A DNA stretch of 64,000 bases. It comes from Vulcanimicrobiota bacterium (lineage in GTDB: Bacteria; Vulcanimicrobiota; Vulcanimicrobiia; Vulcanimicrobiales; Vulcanimicrobiaceae). Of this stretch, positions 1-9,366 are shown one piece after another. How positions within the stretch are numbered: position 1 is the first letter of the stretch; each line of letters starts with the position of its first letter. The notes beneath the pieces were generated by a model that was not told the DNA's origin, ran no database searches, and saw only the letters and a program-made list of their open reading frames with translations. The stretch lies in NCBI GenBank assembly GCA_963723515.1, contig CAVRQT010000003.1:832001-896000 (forward strand). The letters are read 5' to 3'. A program made the position numbers and the translations under genes.

Positions 1-4
1 TGTC

Positions 5-217
5 ATGGAGCGGCTCGACAGCATCGCGATCCCGGTCCTGGCGATCACGGGTGAGCACGACCGGATGACGCCGCCGAAGTACGCCGATCTTTTGGCGGCA
101 CGGGTTCAGCGTGGAGAAGCGCGAATCGTCTCCGGCGCCGGACATATGGTGATGGTGGAGCGTCCGACTGAAACGAACCGCCTGATCGCGGAGTTTCTTA
201 AGCAGGGCCTGGGATGA
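5..217 (+). CDS. Alpha/beta hydrolase, C-terminal part (probably extends beyond window start)
   Basis: PVLAITGEHDRMTP (catalytic Asp) and GAGHMVMVERP (catalytic His) motifs. Confidence 0.8.
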   Translation: MERLDSIAIPVLAITGEHDRMTPPKYADLLAARVQRGEARIVSGAGHMVMVERPTETNRLIAEFLKQGLG

Positions 218-260
218 CGGTTGCGCTTCGAGCTTCGGCACTGCTCAGCACAGGCTCACT

Positions 261-295
261 GCTCAGCGTGACACAGAAAAGCTCAGCGTGACACA
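261..295. repeat. Two direct copies of the palindromic-repeat arm GCTCAGCGTGACACA
   Basis: Identical 15-mers at 261-275 and 281-295 matching the repeat family seen elsewhere in the window. Confidence 0.75.
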
Positions 296-325
296 AGGAG
301 CATTCGCGTAAAGGCGCGTGACAAG

Positions 326-1342
326 ATGAGGTCTATGAGAGGAACGGAAGTTTTGCGTCGTTGTTTCGCTGTTTTCGCAATGATCAGCGTCGTTGCGCTG
401 ATCGGCGCTCGTCCCGCGAGACCGCCGGCCACGCCCACACCATCGCCATCGCCCACGCCGACGCCGGCTCCGCCGACTGTCCTCATCTATCCGTTTACGG
501 TCAATGGGGAAGCCGATAAGCGCGCCGGCGGAAAACTTGCTTCCTTATATACGAAGGAAATTCAGACGATGGGCGGCGTGGTGATCAAGGCTCCATCGAC
601 TCCGAACGTCGACCGCAAAGCATATCTGGACAGCGCGATCAAAGACGGGGTCGACTACTACCTTTCCGGCTATATCACACCGCTCGGTGAACAAGTCGCA
701 GTCGTTCAGCAACTCGTCAGCACCCAGAGCGGCGCGATCATTTGGGCATCAACCGCGCAGATGCTCACGTACAGTGACGCCGCCGATCAAGCAGACACGA
801 TCCGTAAAGTCGTGCTCGCGCATGCCGGTCGTATTGAAGCCTCGTACCAACAGCAACAAAGCGCTGCCACCGCCGCGCCCGAGGAGCACGGCGCACAAAC
901 AAGTATCGCCGCGATCCTCGGCATTTTCCATCGTTTACGCCCCGGTCCCAGGCCGACATTGGCGCCCGAGAAGAAACCGAAGCGCGGCGTTCTAGTCGTG
1001 CAAGTTGCGGCGAGTCCTTCAAGCATGGACACCGCTACGACCACCGCGCTCGCTCTTTCGCTCAACCGCACTTACAACGTCGCGCGCTCTGCTGTCGTTA
1101 CCCAAAATGTACCGAGTGATGCCCATATCATTTGCGGCGCGCTTTCGAACGAAACGATTGCGACCGGTGACTTCCACCAGGACCGCAACCTGCGCCACGA
1201 CATCTCAGATGCGTTTACCTTAAGAGTTTACCGCTGCGACGGCTCACTGATTTTCACGAACACTGCACGCAGCGGATCAGTCGGCGGTGCTATTGACCTT
1301 ACGGTCAACGCCTACATGAAGGACCATCCCAACAACGACTAG
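326..1342 (+). CDS. Secreted hypothetical protein, possible TolB-N/CsgG-like folds
   Basis: Hydrophobic N-terminus, PT-rich linker, and a DYYLSGYIT...QLVSTQSGAIIW pattern typical of TolB-N-like domains. Confidence 0.6.
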   Translation: MRSMRGTEVLRRCFAVFAMISVVALIGARPARPPATPTPSPSPTPTPAPPTVLIYPFTVNGEADKRAGGKLASLYTKEIQTMGGVVIKAPSTPNVDRKAYLDSAIKDGVDYYLSGYITPLGEQVAVVQQLVSTQSGAIIWASTAQMLTYSDAADQADTIRKVVLAHAGRIEASYQQQQSAATAAPEEHGAQTSIAAILGIFHRLRPGPRPTLAPEKKPKRGVLVVQVAASPSSMDTATTTALALSLNRTYNVARSAVVTQNVPSDAHIICGALSNETIATGDFHQDRNLRHDISDAFTLRVYRCDGSLIFTNTARSGSVGGAIDLTVNAYMKDHPNND

Positions 1343-1854
1343 TCCAGCAGACCCGGCGGTAGCTTGACTTCGATCTGACGCACCATCAGGTCGATTCTCT
1401 CAATAAAGGCACCCACGAGCGGGATGCGACCGTTGCTGACGACGAGCATATCTTGCGACGGGTAATGCTCGATGGCGTTGACCGTTCCTAAGTCGCGGCC
1501 GTTTTCGTCGCGTACTTGACAACCAATGAGATCTTCATCAAGGTATTCGTTTGCGCCCAGCGTGAATGCGTCTCGTGGAGCGAACAGTTCACCGCCGACG
1601 AGCCCCGCAGCGGACGTCACATCGTCGAAGCCTTCAAATTGAACGAGCTGCCGCGTTTTATGTTCGCGCACCGACCATACCGTCAGATCTCGCGATTGAT
1701 CGCCTTGCGAGAAGCGTAACGCCTGTCCCGGCTTGAAAACCGAACACCCCGCGCTCGTCGCCTCTATTTTTAGCTCGCCTTTGGTACCAAAGACGCCGGC
1801 AATTCGTCCGGCGCGACGATCATTCGGCGGTTTGGTCGCCGTTTGACTCCTCAT
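1339..1854 (-). CDS. rimM: Ribosome maturation factor RimM
   Basis: GRIAGVFGTKGELK, EYLDEDLIGC, IPLV...I..ID...PPGLLD motifs; follows rpsP-khpA; start set at ATG 1854. Confidence 0.93.
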   Translation of the reverse strand: MRSQTATKPPNDRRAGRIAGVFGTKGELKIEATSAGCSVFKPGQALRFSQGDQSRDLTVWSVREHKTRQLVQFEGFDDVTSAAGLVGGELFAPRDAFTLGANEYLDEDLIGCQVRDENGRDLGTVNAIEHYPSQDMLVVSNGRIPLVGAFIERIDLMVRQIEVKLPPGLLD

Positions 1855-2365
1855 CTTCGAAGTTGCCTTCGAACTCATCAAGATCAAAGAAGTCGACGAT
1901 AACGCGCTCTTCAGCCGTGGCGCGAACGATCGTCCGAAGTGCGTGCGCCACGCGTCCGCCGCGACCGATGACCTTGCCGAGGTCTTCCGGATCGACGGCA
2001 ACCTCAACGACTCGTTCGCCTTGTTCGCCCGTGAAGGCGTCAATCTCGACAGCATCCGGCTTTGCGACGAGTCTCTTCGTCAGAAATTCGAGCAGCGCGG
2101 TTGCTTGGGCGTGGGCAGCTTGCGGATCTTTCGGCGCGCGCGGCGCTCGCGCTATTCGTGGTGCGGTATGCTCGCGTGGTTCACGCGGCGGCATGCGTTT
2201 TGCCGGTTTACCGCGACGCGGCGCCGGCTCATCTTCCGGCTCGACGTCATCGATGACCGTCTCATCCGATGCAATCGTTCGCGCGCCTAAACTCGAACGG
2301 CGCTCTTCCTCTTTTTCGTCTGCCTCGTCGCCGAAGAGTCCGAACTCATCATCAAAGGAGCTCAT
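1820..2365 (-). CDS. khpA: KH-domain RNA-binding protein KhpA with long N-terminal extension
   Basis: VDPEDLGKVIGRGGRVAHALRTIV; lies between rpsP and rimM; TGATG overlap with rpsP stop. Confidence 0.88.
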   Translation of the reverse strand: MSSFDDEFGLFGDEADEKEEERRSSLGARTIASDETVIDDVEPEDEPAPRRGKPAKRMPPREPREHTAPRIARAPRAPKDPQAAHAQATALLEFLTKRLVAKPDAVEIDAFTGEQGERVVEVAVDPEDLGKVIGRGGRVAHALRTIVRATAEERVIVDFFDLDEFEGNFEDEESNGDQTAE

Positions 2366-2658
2366 CAGCTCGCTTTTTTGGCTTTCGGCGGCCGCTTCGT
2401 TTCGGAAATTGGACCGCGCTCGACCAGACCGCGCTCGGCTAGCAACCGCCGCACCGGATCGGACGGCTGTGCGCCTTTCGCGAGCCAATCTTTGACCTTA
2501 TCCTCGTTGATCACGACGGTTTTCGGCTCGGTACGCGGATTGTAATGCCCAATGATTTCAATGAACCGCCCATCGCGCGGCGAGCGTGCATCGCTCACCA
2601 CGAATCGGTATGTCGGTTGTTTCTTGGCGCCCATGCGCCGGAGTCGAATCTTAACCAT
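2365..2658 (-). CDS. rpsP: 30S ribosomal protein S16
   Basis: [34 protein letters not shown]. Confidence 0.98.
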   Translation of the reverse strand: MVKIRLRRMGAKKQPTYRFVVSDARSPRDGRFIEIIGHYNPRTEPKTVVINEDKVKDWLAKGAQPSDPVRRLLAERGLVERGPISETKRPPKAKKAS

Positions 2659-2689
2659 TATTCCTCTTAATTGCGGGTTTTTGCGTCAA

Positions 2690-2760
2690 TGTCACACTGA
2701 AAGCTTGTCGAAAGGGCGAACCGTTAAATACGCGGCGCTTCGACAGGGCTCAGCGTGACA
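2690..2760. repeat. Palindromic REP-like element (both arms)
   Basis: TGTCACACTGAAAGCTTGTCGAA ... CTTCGACAGGGCTCAGCGTGACA inverted arms between ffh and rpsP. Confidence 0.8.
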
Positions 2761-2792
2761 GAGTGTGTGACCCGACAGCATGTTCCATGACG

Positions 2793-4139
2793 TCAGCGTG
2801 AGAGTGCGCCGCGACGGGCGACCAAGCTCTGCATTTGCGCCGCGCGCCCCTTCATGCCGCCCATCTTGCGCATCATTACCTTAGCTTCATCGAATTGCTT
2901 GATCAGCCGATTGACGTCGGAGACTTGCGTGCCGCTGCCAAGCGCAATCCGTTTGCGGCGCGAGCCATTCAAAACTGACGGATTTCGCCGCTCTTGTCGG
3001 GTCATCGAGCAAATGATCGCTTCAACCTTACCGACCTGGCTCTCATCCACCTCGAAGTCTTTCGGCAACGCCCGTGATACGCCGGGAATCATCTTTAGAA
3101 TATCGCCGAACGCGCCCATTTTGCGCACTTGACGCAATTGGTCGAGGAAATCGTCGAGCGTGAATTGGCTGCGCGCAAACTTCTGCTCGAGCTCCTTTGC
3201 TTGCGCCTCGCTATAGACGCTTTGCGTGCGCTCGATCAACGTCATCAGGTCGCCCATCCCAAGGATCCGCGATGCTAAGCGATCGGGATGAAACGGCTCG
3301 AGAGCCGGCAGCTTCTCACCGACACCGATGAACTTGATCGGAGCCCCAGTCACTTTGTGGATCGACAGCGCCGCGCCGCCGCGCGCGTCACCATCGAGCT
3401 TCGTCAGGATCACGCCGGTGATGCCGAGGCGCTCGTGAAAACCTTTCGCGACATTCGTTGCTTCCTGACCCGTCATCGCGTCGGCCACGAGCAAGATCTC
3501 AACCGGCTTAACGGCTTCCTTAATACGCTCGAGCTCACGCATCAGCTCGTCGTCGATTTGCAAACGGCCGGCCGTATCTAAGATCACCGTCGAAAGCGCG
3601 AGCCGTTTCGCTTCGGCGACGGCATCGCGCGAAATCCGAACCGGATCTGCTTTGCCGCGTTGATAGACCGGTAAGTCGATCTGCTGCCCGAGTTTTTCCA
3701 ACTGCTCGATTGCAGCGGGACGATAAACATCGGCCGCAACGAGCAAACTGCGACGACCCTGCTCTTTCAGCCGCAGCGCCAGTTTCGCGGCTTGCGTTGT
3801 CTTGCCGGAGCCTTGCAAGCCTACTAGCATGATCACGGAGGGCGGCGCATCCGAAAACTGCAATCGTGCCTGCGCTCCGCCCAGCAATTCTACGAGCTCA
3901 TCATTGACGATTTTGAGAATCGTTTGCGCCGGCGAAAGCGACTCGAAGACATGGGCGCCGATTGCCTTCTCTTTGACTCGGTTGACGAAATCTTTCGCTG
4001 CCGGAAGCGCAACGTCGGCCTCAAGCAAAGCGATGCGCACTTCGCGCATCACTTCATTGATATCGGCCTCGCTGAGTTTGCCTCTGCCGGTCAGGCGCTT
4101 AAAGATCGCGCCGAGGCGTTCGCTTAAACTTTCAAACAT
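2793..4139 (-). CDS. ffh: Signal recognition particle protein Ffh
   Basis: MFESLSERL start, GLQGSGKTT, DTAGRL, TKLDGDARGG, SRRKRIALGSG. Confidence 0.98.
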   Translation of the reverse strand: MFESLSERLGAIFKRLTGRGKLSEADINEVMREVRIALLEADVALPAAKDFVNRVKEKAIGAHVFESLSPAQTILKIVNDELVELLGGAQARLQFSDAPPSVIMLVGLQGSGKTTQAAKLALRLKEQGRRSLLVAADVYRPAAIEQLEKLGQQIDLPVYQRGKADPVRISRDAVAEAKRLALSTVILDTAGRLQIDDELMRELERIKEAVKPVEILLVADAMTGQEATNVAKGFHERLGITGVILTKLDGDARGGAALSIHKVTGAPIKFIGVGEKLPALEPFHPDRLASRILGMGDLMTLIERTQSVYSEAQAKELEQKFARSQFTLDDFLDQLRQVRKMGAFGDILKMIPGVSRALPKDFEVDESQVGKVEAIICSMTRQERRNPSVLNGSRRKRIALGSGTQVSDVNRLIKQFDEAKVMMRKMGGMKGRAAQMQSLVARRGALSR

Positions 4140-4159
4140 ATACTTCTCGTATAGTTGCA

Positions 4160-4181
4160 CTTCGACAAGCTCAGCATGACA
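4160..4181. repeat. Single arm of palindromic repeat
   Basis: CTTCGACAAGCTCAGCATGACA, identical to copies at 29895 and 60770. Confidence 0.8.
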
Positions 4182-4227
4182 CTGGCACTCTGCGAAACTC
4201 AATCACAAGCTCCTCACGTGCAAACAA

Positions 4228-4473
4228 TTACTCCTTGGGGACCTGCGTTTCGTCGATGCGCTTCACGGCGTCGCCGACGGTCTTGATCTTCTCTGCTTCT
4301 TCGTCCGGGATATCGATATTGAACTCCGTCTCGAACGCCATCACGAGCTCAACTTGATCCAATGAGTCGGCGCCGAGATCGTCGGTGATCGACGCTTCGG
4401 GCGTAACTTCATCTTCGTCGACGCCAAGCTGCTCGACGATGATCTTCTTCACTTTGTCAAACGTTGTTGCCAC
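4228..4473 (-). CDS. acpP: Acyl carrier protein
   Basis: [17 protein letters not shown] phosphopantetheine motif. Confidence 0.98.
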   Translation of the reverse strand: MATTFDKVKKIIVEQLGVDEDEVTPEASITDDLGADSLDQVELVMAFETEFNIDIPDEEAEKIKTVGDAVKRIDETQVPKE

Positions 4474-4482
4474 TATCGTCTC

Positions 4483-5229
4483 CTACATCAAAATGCCACC
4501 GTCAACGACGAGCGTTTGCCCCGTCATATATCCGGCGGCTTGCGAACAAAGAAAACTGACGACTCCGCTCACGTCTTCCGGCTTCCCCGCACGGCCGAGT
4601 GCCGTCGACTTCAGCAACGACTCTTTCGCCGCTTCGGGCACCTTCTGCGTCATTGCAGTCTCGATGAAGCCCGGCGCGACGGCGTTGACTCTTATGTTCC
4701 GTGAACCTAATTCCTTTGCTAACGATTTGGTCAGTCCGAGCAGTCCGGCTTTCGATGCAGCGTAGGCGCTTTGTCCCGCATTGCCGGAAAGTCCGACGAT
4801 GCTGCTCATCAGCACGATCGAGCCCGAGCGCGCCTTCATCATCGGACGCGCAACCGCAGCGCAAAGATAAAACGCCGATTTCAGATTGACAGCGAAATGC
4901 TGATCGAGCGCCTCGGATTGCAACCGCAAGAGCAACGTGTCCAGCGTTTGACCGGCGTTGCTGATCGCGAAATCGAGCCGTCCGAATTGTTTTACTGTCT
5001 TGCCGACGGCATCTTCAACAGCGCTCTGGTCCGCGACATCGGCGGTGAGGACGAGAGCGTTTGTTTCAGAACGCGCATCTCTACATGCGATGGCCGTCTC
5101 TTCAAGTGCCCCCATATCGCGACCGACGAGCGCCACGTCGGCGCCGTCCCGGGCCAGATCGACTGCGATTGCGCGGCCGATGCCGCGGCTTGCGCCCGTA
5201 ATCAGCGCGACGTTCCCTTTAAACTTCAT
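4483..5229 (-). CDS. fabG: 3-oxoacyl-ACP reductase
   Basis: ALITGASRGIG, YAASKAG, NAVAPGFIET; own ATG at 5229 (the ORF track joins it to the fabD C-terminus). Confidence 0.93.
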   Translation of the reverse strand: MKFKGNVALITGASRGIGRAIAVDLARDGADVALVGRDMGALEETAIACRDARSETNALVLTADVADQSAVEDAVGKTVKQFGRLDFAISNAGQTLDTLLLRLQSEALDQHFAVNLKSAFYLCAAVARPMMKARSGSIVLMSSIVGLSGNAGQSAYAASKAGLLGLTKSLAKELGSRNIRVNAVAPGFIETAMTQKVPEAAKESLLKSTALGRAGKPEDVSGVVSFLCSQAAGYMTGQTLVVDGGILM

Positions 5230-6178
5230 GCGCTGGCGAGCTCGCCCGATCTTCGTACGCAGTTTTTCAACGCTCGCGGCGTCGCTGACATTGAACACCG
5301 CCGGCGCATCCGGTAGCCGGCGTATCAACGGTCCAAGCACCGGATTTGCGCCAAATTCGACGACCAAATCGCAGCCCGTTTCAAGCAGCTTGACGGCCGC
5401 ATCATGCCACCGCACTTCGTCGACGATCGAGCGGACGAGATTGCGCTTGATTTGATCGACGGATTCGTACGGCTGCGCATCAACGTTTGAAATAACGGTG
5501 ATTTGCGGCTTCTGAAACGCCGTCTTCTCGATCGCCGCCGCAAATTGAGCAACTGCCGGCTCCATCAACGCGCTATGCCAAGCACCGGAGACGTTCAGCG
5601 GCACGACGCGTTTCGCGCCCGCTTCCATCAATGCATTCGGATGCAGCAGTGACTGCTTCCTGATCGCCGCTGATCACGATCTGCGACGGCGAATTGAAAT
5701 TCGCAAGCTGCAGGCAAAGACCGGATTCTTCTCTTAGGCGCGAAACGATGTCCCGAATCGTCTGCGCGTCCGAGCCGAGCACCGCCGCCATCGAACCGGG
5801 TGCCAGTTCGGCAGCGGATTGCATCGCTCGTGCGCGCGCATCGACGACACGAACCGCATCCTCGAAGGTCAATGCATTCGCGATTGTCAGGCTGCAGATC
5901 TCGCCAAAGGAATGCCCGGCACTTGCAACCGTGTTCAAGAAGGGCCGCGCCGCTTCGTACAGCGCGAGGTTCGTGACGAAGATTGCCGGCTGCGAGAACC
6001 GCGTCTCACGCAACGTCTCTTCCGGACCGCATTGCATCAGCGCGAAGAGGTCGTACCCGAGCACCTCATTAGCGCGATCGAACAGCGCCTTCGCGCTTGC
6101 GTGGTGGCGCGCCACATCGGCGCCCATGCCGACCGATTGCGAACCCTGTCCGGGGAAAACAGCCGCAACACGCTGCAT
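5226..6178 (-). CDS. fabD: Malonyl-CoA:ACP transacylase (frameshifted near 5630, probable sequencing error)
   Basis: FPGQGSQ, GHSFGE, ANFNSPSQIVISG, then LNVSGAWHS in another frame; 3' end approximate. Confidence 0.9.
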
Positions 6179-7192
6179 TAGGCGGCGCGTTTTTCTTGTG
6201 CGAGCGCCGCCCACTTCCAAGCCACAGCGCCCCATGACAGACCCGCCGCCAAAGCCGACGAAGATGATCACGTCACCGTCGTGCAGCTTGTCTTTCTCCA
6301 CGGCTTCGGAAAGTGCCATCGGAATCGAGGCCGCCGATGTGTTGCCGTATTCATCGATGTTGACGAGCACTTTCTCGCTCGGCATATCCAAGTATTTAGC
6401 GGCCGCATCGATGATGCGCTTGTTGGCTTGGTGCGGGATCAGAAAATCGAGATCGCTGTGCTTGAGATGTGCCTTGGCCAGCGCCGCTTCCGTTGCGTCA
6501 ACCATCTTGTTGACGGCGAACTTGAAAACTTCGCGCCCTTCCATATAGATATAGTGTTCGCCGGCGTCATAACGCAGCGGATCCATTGCGTAGCGTGAAC
6601 CACCGGCGGCAACACGCAAGATTTCCGGACGGCTGCCGTCCGAACCCAGCTCGCTGCTCAAAAAGCAATCGTTTGGGGTGCGCTCCAACACGACCGCGCC
6701 CGCACCATCACCGAACAAAATGGCAGTGCCGCGATCTTTCTTATTGACGATCTTGGTCAGTGTCTCCGCGCCGATCAGCATGATGCGATTGTAGACGCCG
6801 GTGCGAATCATGCTCGAGGCTACGGTCAAGCCATAAATGAAGCCGCTACAGGCGATCTCGATATCGAATGCGGCTTTATTTTGCGCGCCAAGCTTCGAGG
6901 CGACGATGCAGGCAGTTGCGGGGAATGGGAAATCCGGCGTGACGGTCGCCACGATGAAGCAGTCGACATCTTCAGGTTTGAGAGCAGCGGATTCTAATGC
7001 GCGGTGCCCCGCCGCGAGCGCGAGATCACTCGTTGCTTCGTTAGGCGCGGAAACATGACGGCGCTTCATGCCCGTGCGCGACGTGATCCACTCGTCGCTC
7101 GTATCGAGGACCTTCTCGAGATCCTCGTTCGTCAGAATGCCGGCGGGCGCGTAGTGGCCGACGCCGACGATCTTAACGCCGCTGCCGTCCAA
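6178..7192 (-). CDS. fabH: Beta-ketoacyl-ACP synthase III (frameshift near 6240)
   Basis: DTSDEWITSRTG, ACSGFIY, PHQANKRI, YGNTSAAS, GFGGG; a shifted frame ends in TAATG overlapping the fabD start. Confidence 0.93.
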
Positions 7193-7198
7193 GCTGCG

Positions 7199-7402
7199 CT
7201 AGGTCGCTGACGCCGTATGCTCGTCCTTCGGCTCGATCACTTGACGGCCGTTGTACGTGCCGCAGGCCGGACAGACGAAATGCGGACGTTTTGGCGCATG
7301 ACACTGCGGACACTCCACCGTCGTGACCGGAGTGAGTTTCCAATTGGCGGCTCGCCGGCTGCGCGTCTTCGAACGCGGTGTCTTCCACTTTAAGTTTGCC
7401 AC
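7199..7402 (-). CDS. rpmF: 50S ribosomal protein L32
   Basis: KTPRSKTRSRRA, CPQC...HFVCPACGTYNGR zinc ribbon. Confidence 0.95.
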   Translation of the reverse strand: MANLKWKTPRSKTRSRRAANWKLTPVTTVECPQCHAPKRPHFVCPACGTYNGRQVIEPKDEHTASAT

Positions 7403-7872
7403 TTTTCAGACTCCCTGGCGCACGTGCACGCGCCGTCATTCTTGTTTTGCCCACAGTATTGGCAGAGGCCGCTGCACTCGCGGGCTGCACAGCACTGCGA
7501 ACGATGCGGTGCTGTCGACCAGTTGCCTCGTCAAATCCGCGATATCGAGCCGCGATCCGACGAGGACATTGGTTTCGCTCAGCGGCTCGTCCTCGCGCAG
7601 TTCCGTCGGCTTCGAGTCGCTCATCGACCTCGATGTGCATCGGCCGCTTGACGTCTCCTAAGCAACGATCGCAGGCGCCGCAGTGCGACCACATCAACGG
7701 TCCCGGCGACCTCAACCATCCGATGCGCGGCCCGAACGTCGAGTTGGACGCGCGCCGGCTCGGGAAAGCTCCAACCCTCAAACGGTTCAAGCTTCACCAA
7801 CTCATCAACACGCAGCGTGTGATGGCCGCCTGCAAGCAAGCTGCCGATCTCGACCGTATTCGAAGAAGCCAT
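7390..7872 (-). CDS. YceD/DUF177 family protein (frameshifted)
   Basis: CDRCL and CPYCG...CTC motifs in different frames; conserved position upstream of rpmF. Confidence 0.8.
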
Positions 7873-7919
7873 AACATAGAGGAAGGCCCCCGATTTGTGG
7901 GGCCTCCGAAACCCGCCTC

Positions 7920-7948
7920 ATTGTAGAGCCGCCCCCGGCTCTTGTCAA
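7920..7948 (-). promoter_or_regulatory. Sigma70/SigA-type promoter of the yceD-rpmF-fab operon
   Basis: Minus strand TTGACA (7948-7943), 17-bp spacer, TACAAT (7925-7920). Confidence 0.8.
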
Positions 7949-7966
7949 ACCGCGTGCGGCGCGTGA

Positions 7967-8721
7967 TTGGCGCGCGTGACCGAGATTTCTGCACTACCCG
8001 CCGTAACTCGAGAGCTGGCAAGCGATGGAGTGGCCTACGCGCCGGAGATTGCCTCTGCGGCACGCCGTCACGGTGTTGATCCAAAACTGTTGGCGGCAGT
8101 GGCTGCTCAAGAGACCGGCGGCCCCGGCGCAAATGCCGGGCACAACATCGTCGGCGACGGCGGACACGGCCACGGGCTGTTCCAAATTGACGATCGCTGG
8201 CATGACTTCGCCAGAACCGCTGCCGCGATGGATCCGGCGCAAAATGCCGACTACGCTTCGGGGATGATTGCCGGCCTCTTGCACTCGTACGGCGGGGACG
8301 TTCACAAGGCGCTCTCCGCATACAATGCCGGCAGTCCGGACGCAACCGGCACGGTCACCGAATGGATGGACGGGGAGCGCTTGGGATACGCGGATTCCGT
8401 CTTACGGCATTGCGCGCAGCTTGGCGAACCGATGCCAGGCGGCGCCGGCGGTTCAAGCGCTACCGCGAACAGCCAGAGCGATCAGGCTCAAGCGAGCATC
8501 GATGGCGGTCATGCAAGAGCTCTCGCAATTAAACGCTCTGCAATCGTTCGAGCAGACCTCTTCGCTCGACGAAAGTCTGTTGCAACCAAGCGTGACTTCT
8601 GCGACGGCGCCGAGCTACACGCAATTCGGCCGGCCTCGATGCGTACGGACACTCGCGCTACGACGTCTCATACGCCGGCCTATTGACCGATGACGACGGT
8701 TCATCGGCGGGAGATTCCTAA
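7967..8721 (+). CDS. GH23 lytic transglycosylase / g-type lysozyme-like protein with low-complexity C-terminal tail (tail frameshifted)
   Basis: LLAAVAAQETGG (catalytic Glu), GDGGHGHGLFQIDDRWH, ALSAYNAG; a shifted frame ends DDDGSSAGDS-TAA overlapping the next ATG. Confidence 0.85.
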
Positions 8722-9101
8722 TGAGCTTCAATCTGTTGAACGGCATCGTTCAGGGTGCCGAATCGTTTTTCGCATCGGGCGGCAATCCGATCGCGGGTGG
8801 TGCAGGGGCTTTAGCCGGCGGGTTAACCTCCGGCGCCAATACTGGAACAACTGTGGGCAACATGGGCAATGGAGCCATCGGCGCCCTCAACGCTGCCAAT
8901 GAAGCCGACACCGTCGCGATGTACGCCGAAAACTTGCGCCATCAGTCGGCCATGCAATGGGAGGCCACGTGGTTCAACGAGATGATGGATGAGAAGTCCG
9001 AACGCATGCGTCAGATGAACGAGTTGCGCGATCTGACGATGGAGCAGCGTAAAGCCGACAATCAAATTACGAAGAAGTTCATTCAATCGATCACTGAATG
9101 A
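8721..9101 (+). CDS. Small protein, Gly-rich N-terminus and amphipathic helical C-terminus (needle/pilin-like?)
   Basis: Clean 126-aa ORF coupled to both neighbours by start/stop overlaps. Confidence 0.75.
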   Translation: MSFNLLNGIVQGAESFFASGGNPIAGGAGALAGGLTSGANTGTTVGNMGNGAIGALNAANEADTVAMYAENLRHQSAMQWEATWFNEMMDEKSERMRQMNELRDLTMEQRKADNQITKKFIQSITE

Positions 9102-9359
9102 TCACACCGATACAGCCCGGTCGTCAGCGAAGCGCGACCGCCCAGGCATCCGATCGCAATCGGCGATGCCAAACCAGCTCCCGATCAGAATCAAATCGCG
9201 CACGACCAAGCCGCCTTGCTTGCCCAGCAAGCCACGTTTAACTTTGCGGTGCAAGAGCGGGCGGAGCTAATGCGCGAGTTCAACGAGCTGCGGGCGCTTC
9301 AAATGGAGCAGCTCAAACATGACGATGAGATCGTCAAAAAATGGATCGACTTGATCTGA
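9098..9359 (+). CDS. Small paralog of the upstream protein (one extra base near 9118; absent from ORF track)
   Basis: ATGA overlap; corrected translation MITPIQPVVSEARPP...ERAELMREFNELRALQMEQLKHDDEIVKKWIDLI. Confidence 0.7.
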
Positions 9360-9366
9360 GGCGGAA

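Noticed and set aside
4483..5631. Apparent FabD-FabG fusion ORF
   Set aside because: fabG has its own ATG in a GCATGA context that fits an ATGA overlap; with indels nearby, an artefact is more likely.
5694..6548. Long antisense ORFs (also 46485..47237 and 53799..54614)
   Set aside because: Shadows of well-supported genes on the opposite strand, expected in high-GC DNA, with no motifs of their own.
5573..7192. Apparent FabH-FabD fusion ORF
   Set aside because: Frame slips at the GFGGG motif; the shifted frame ends in TAATG at the fabD start, so the fusion comes from an indel.
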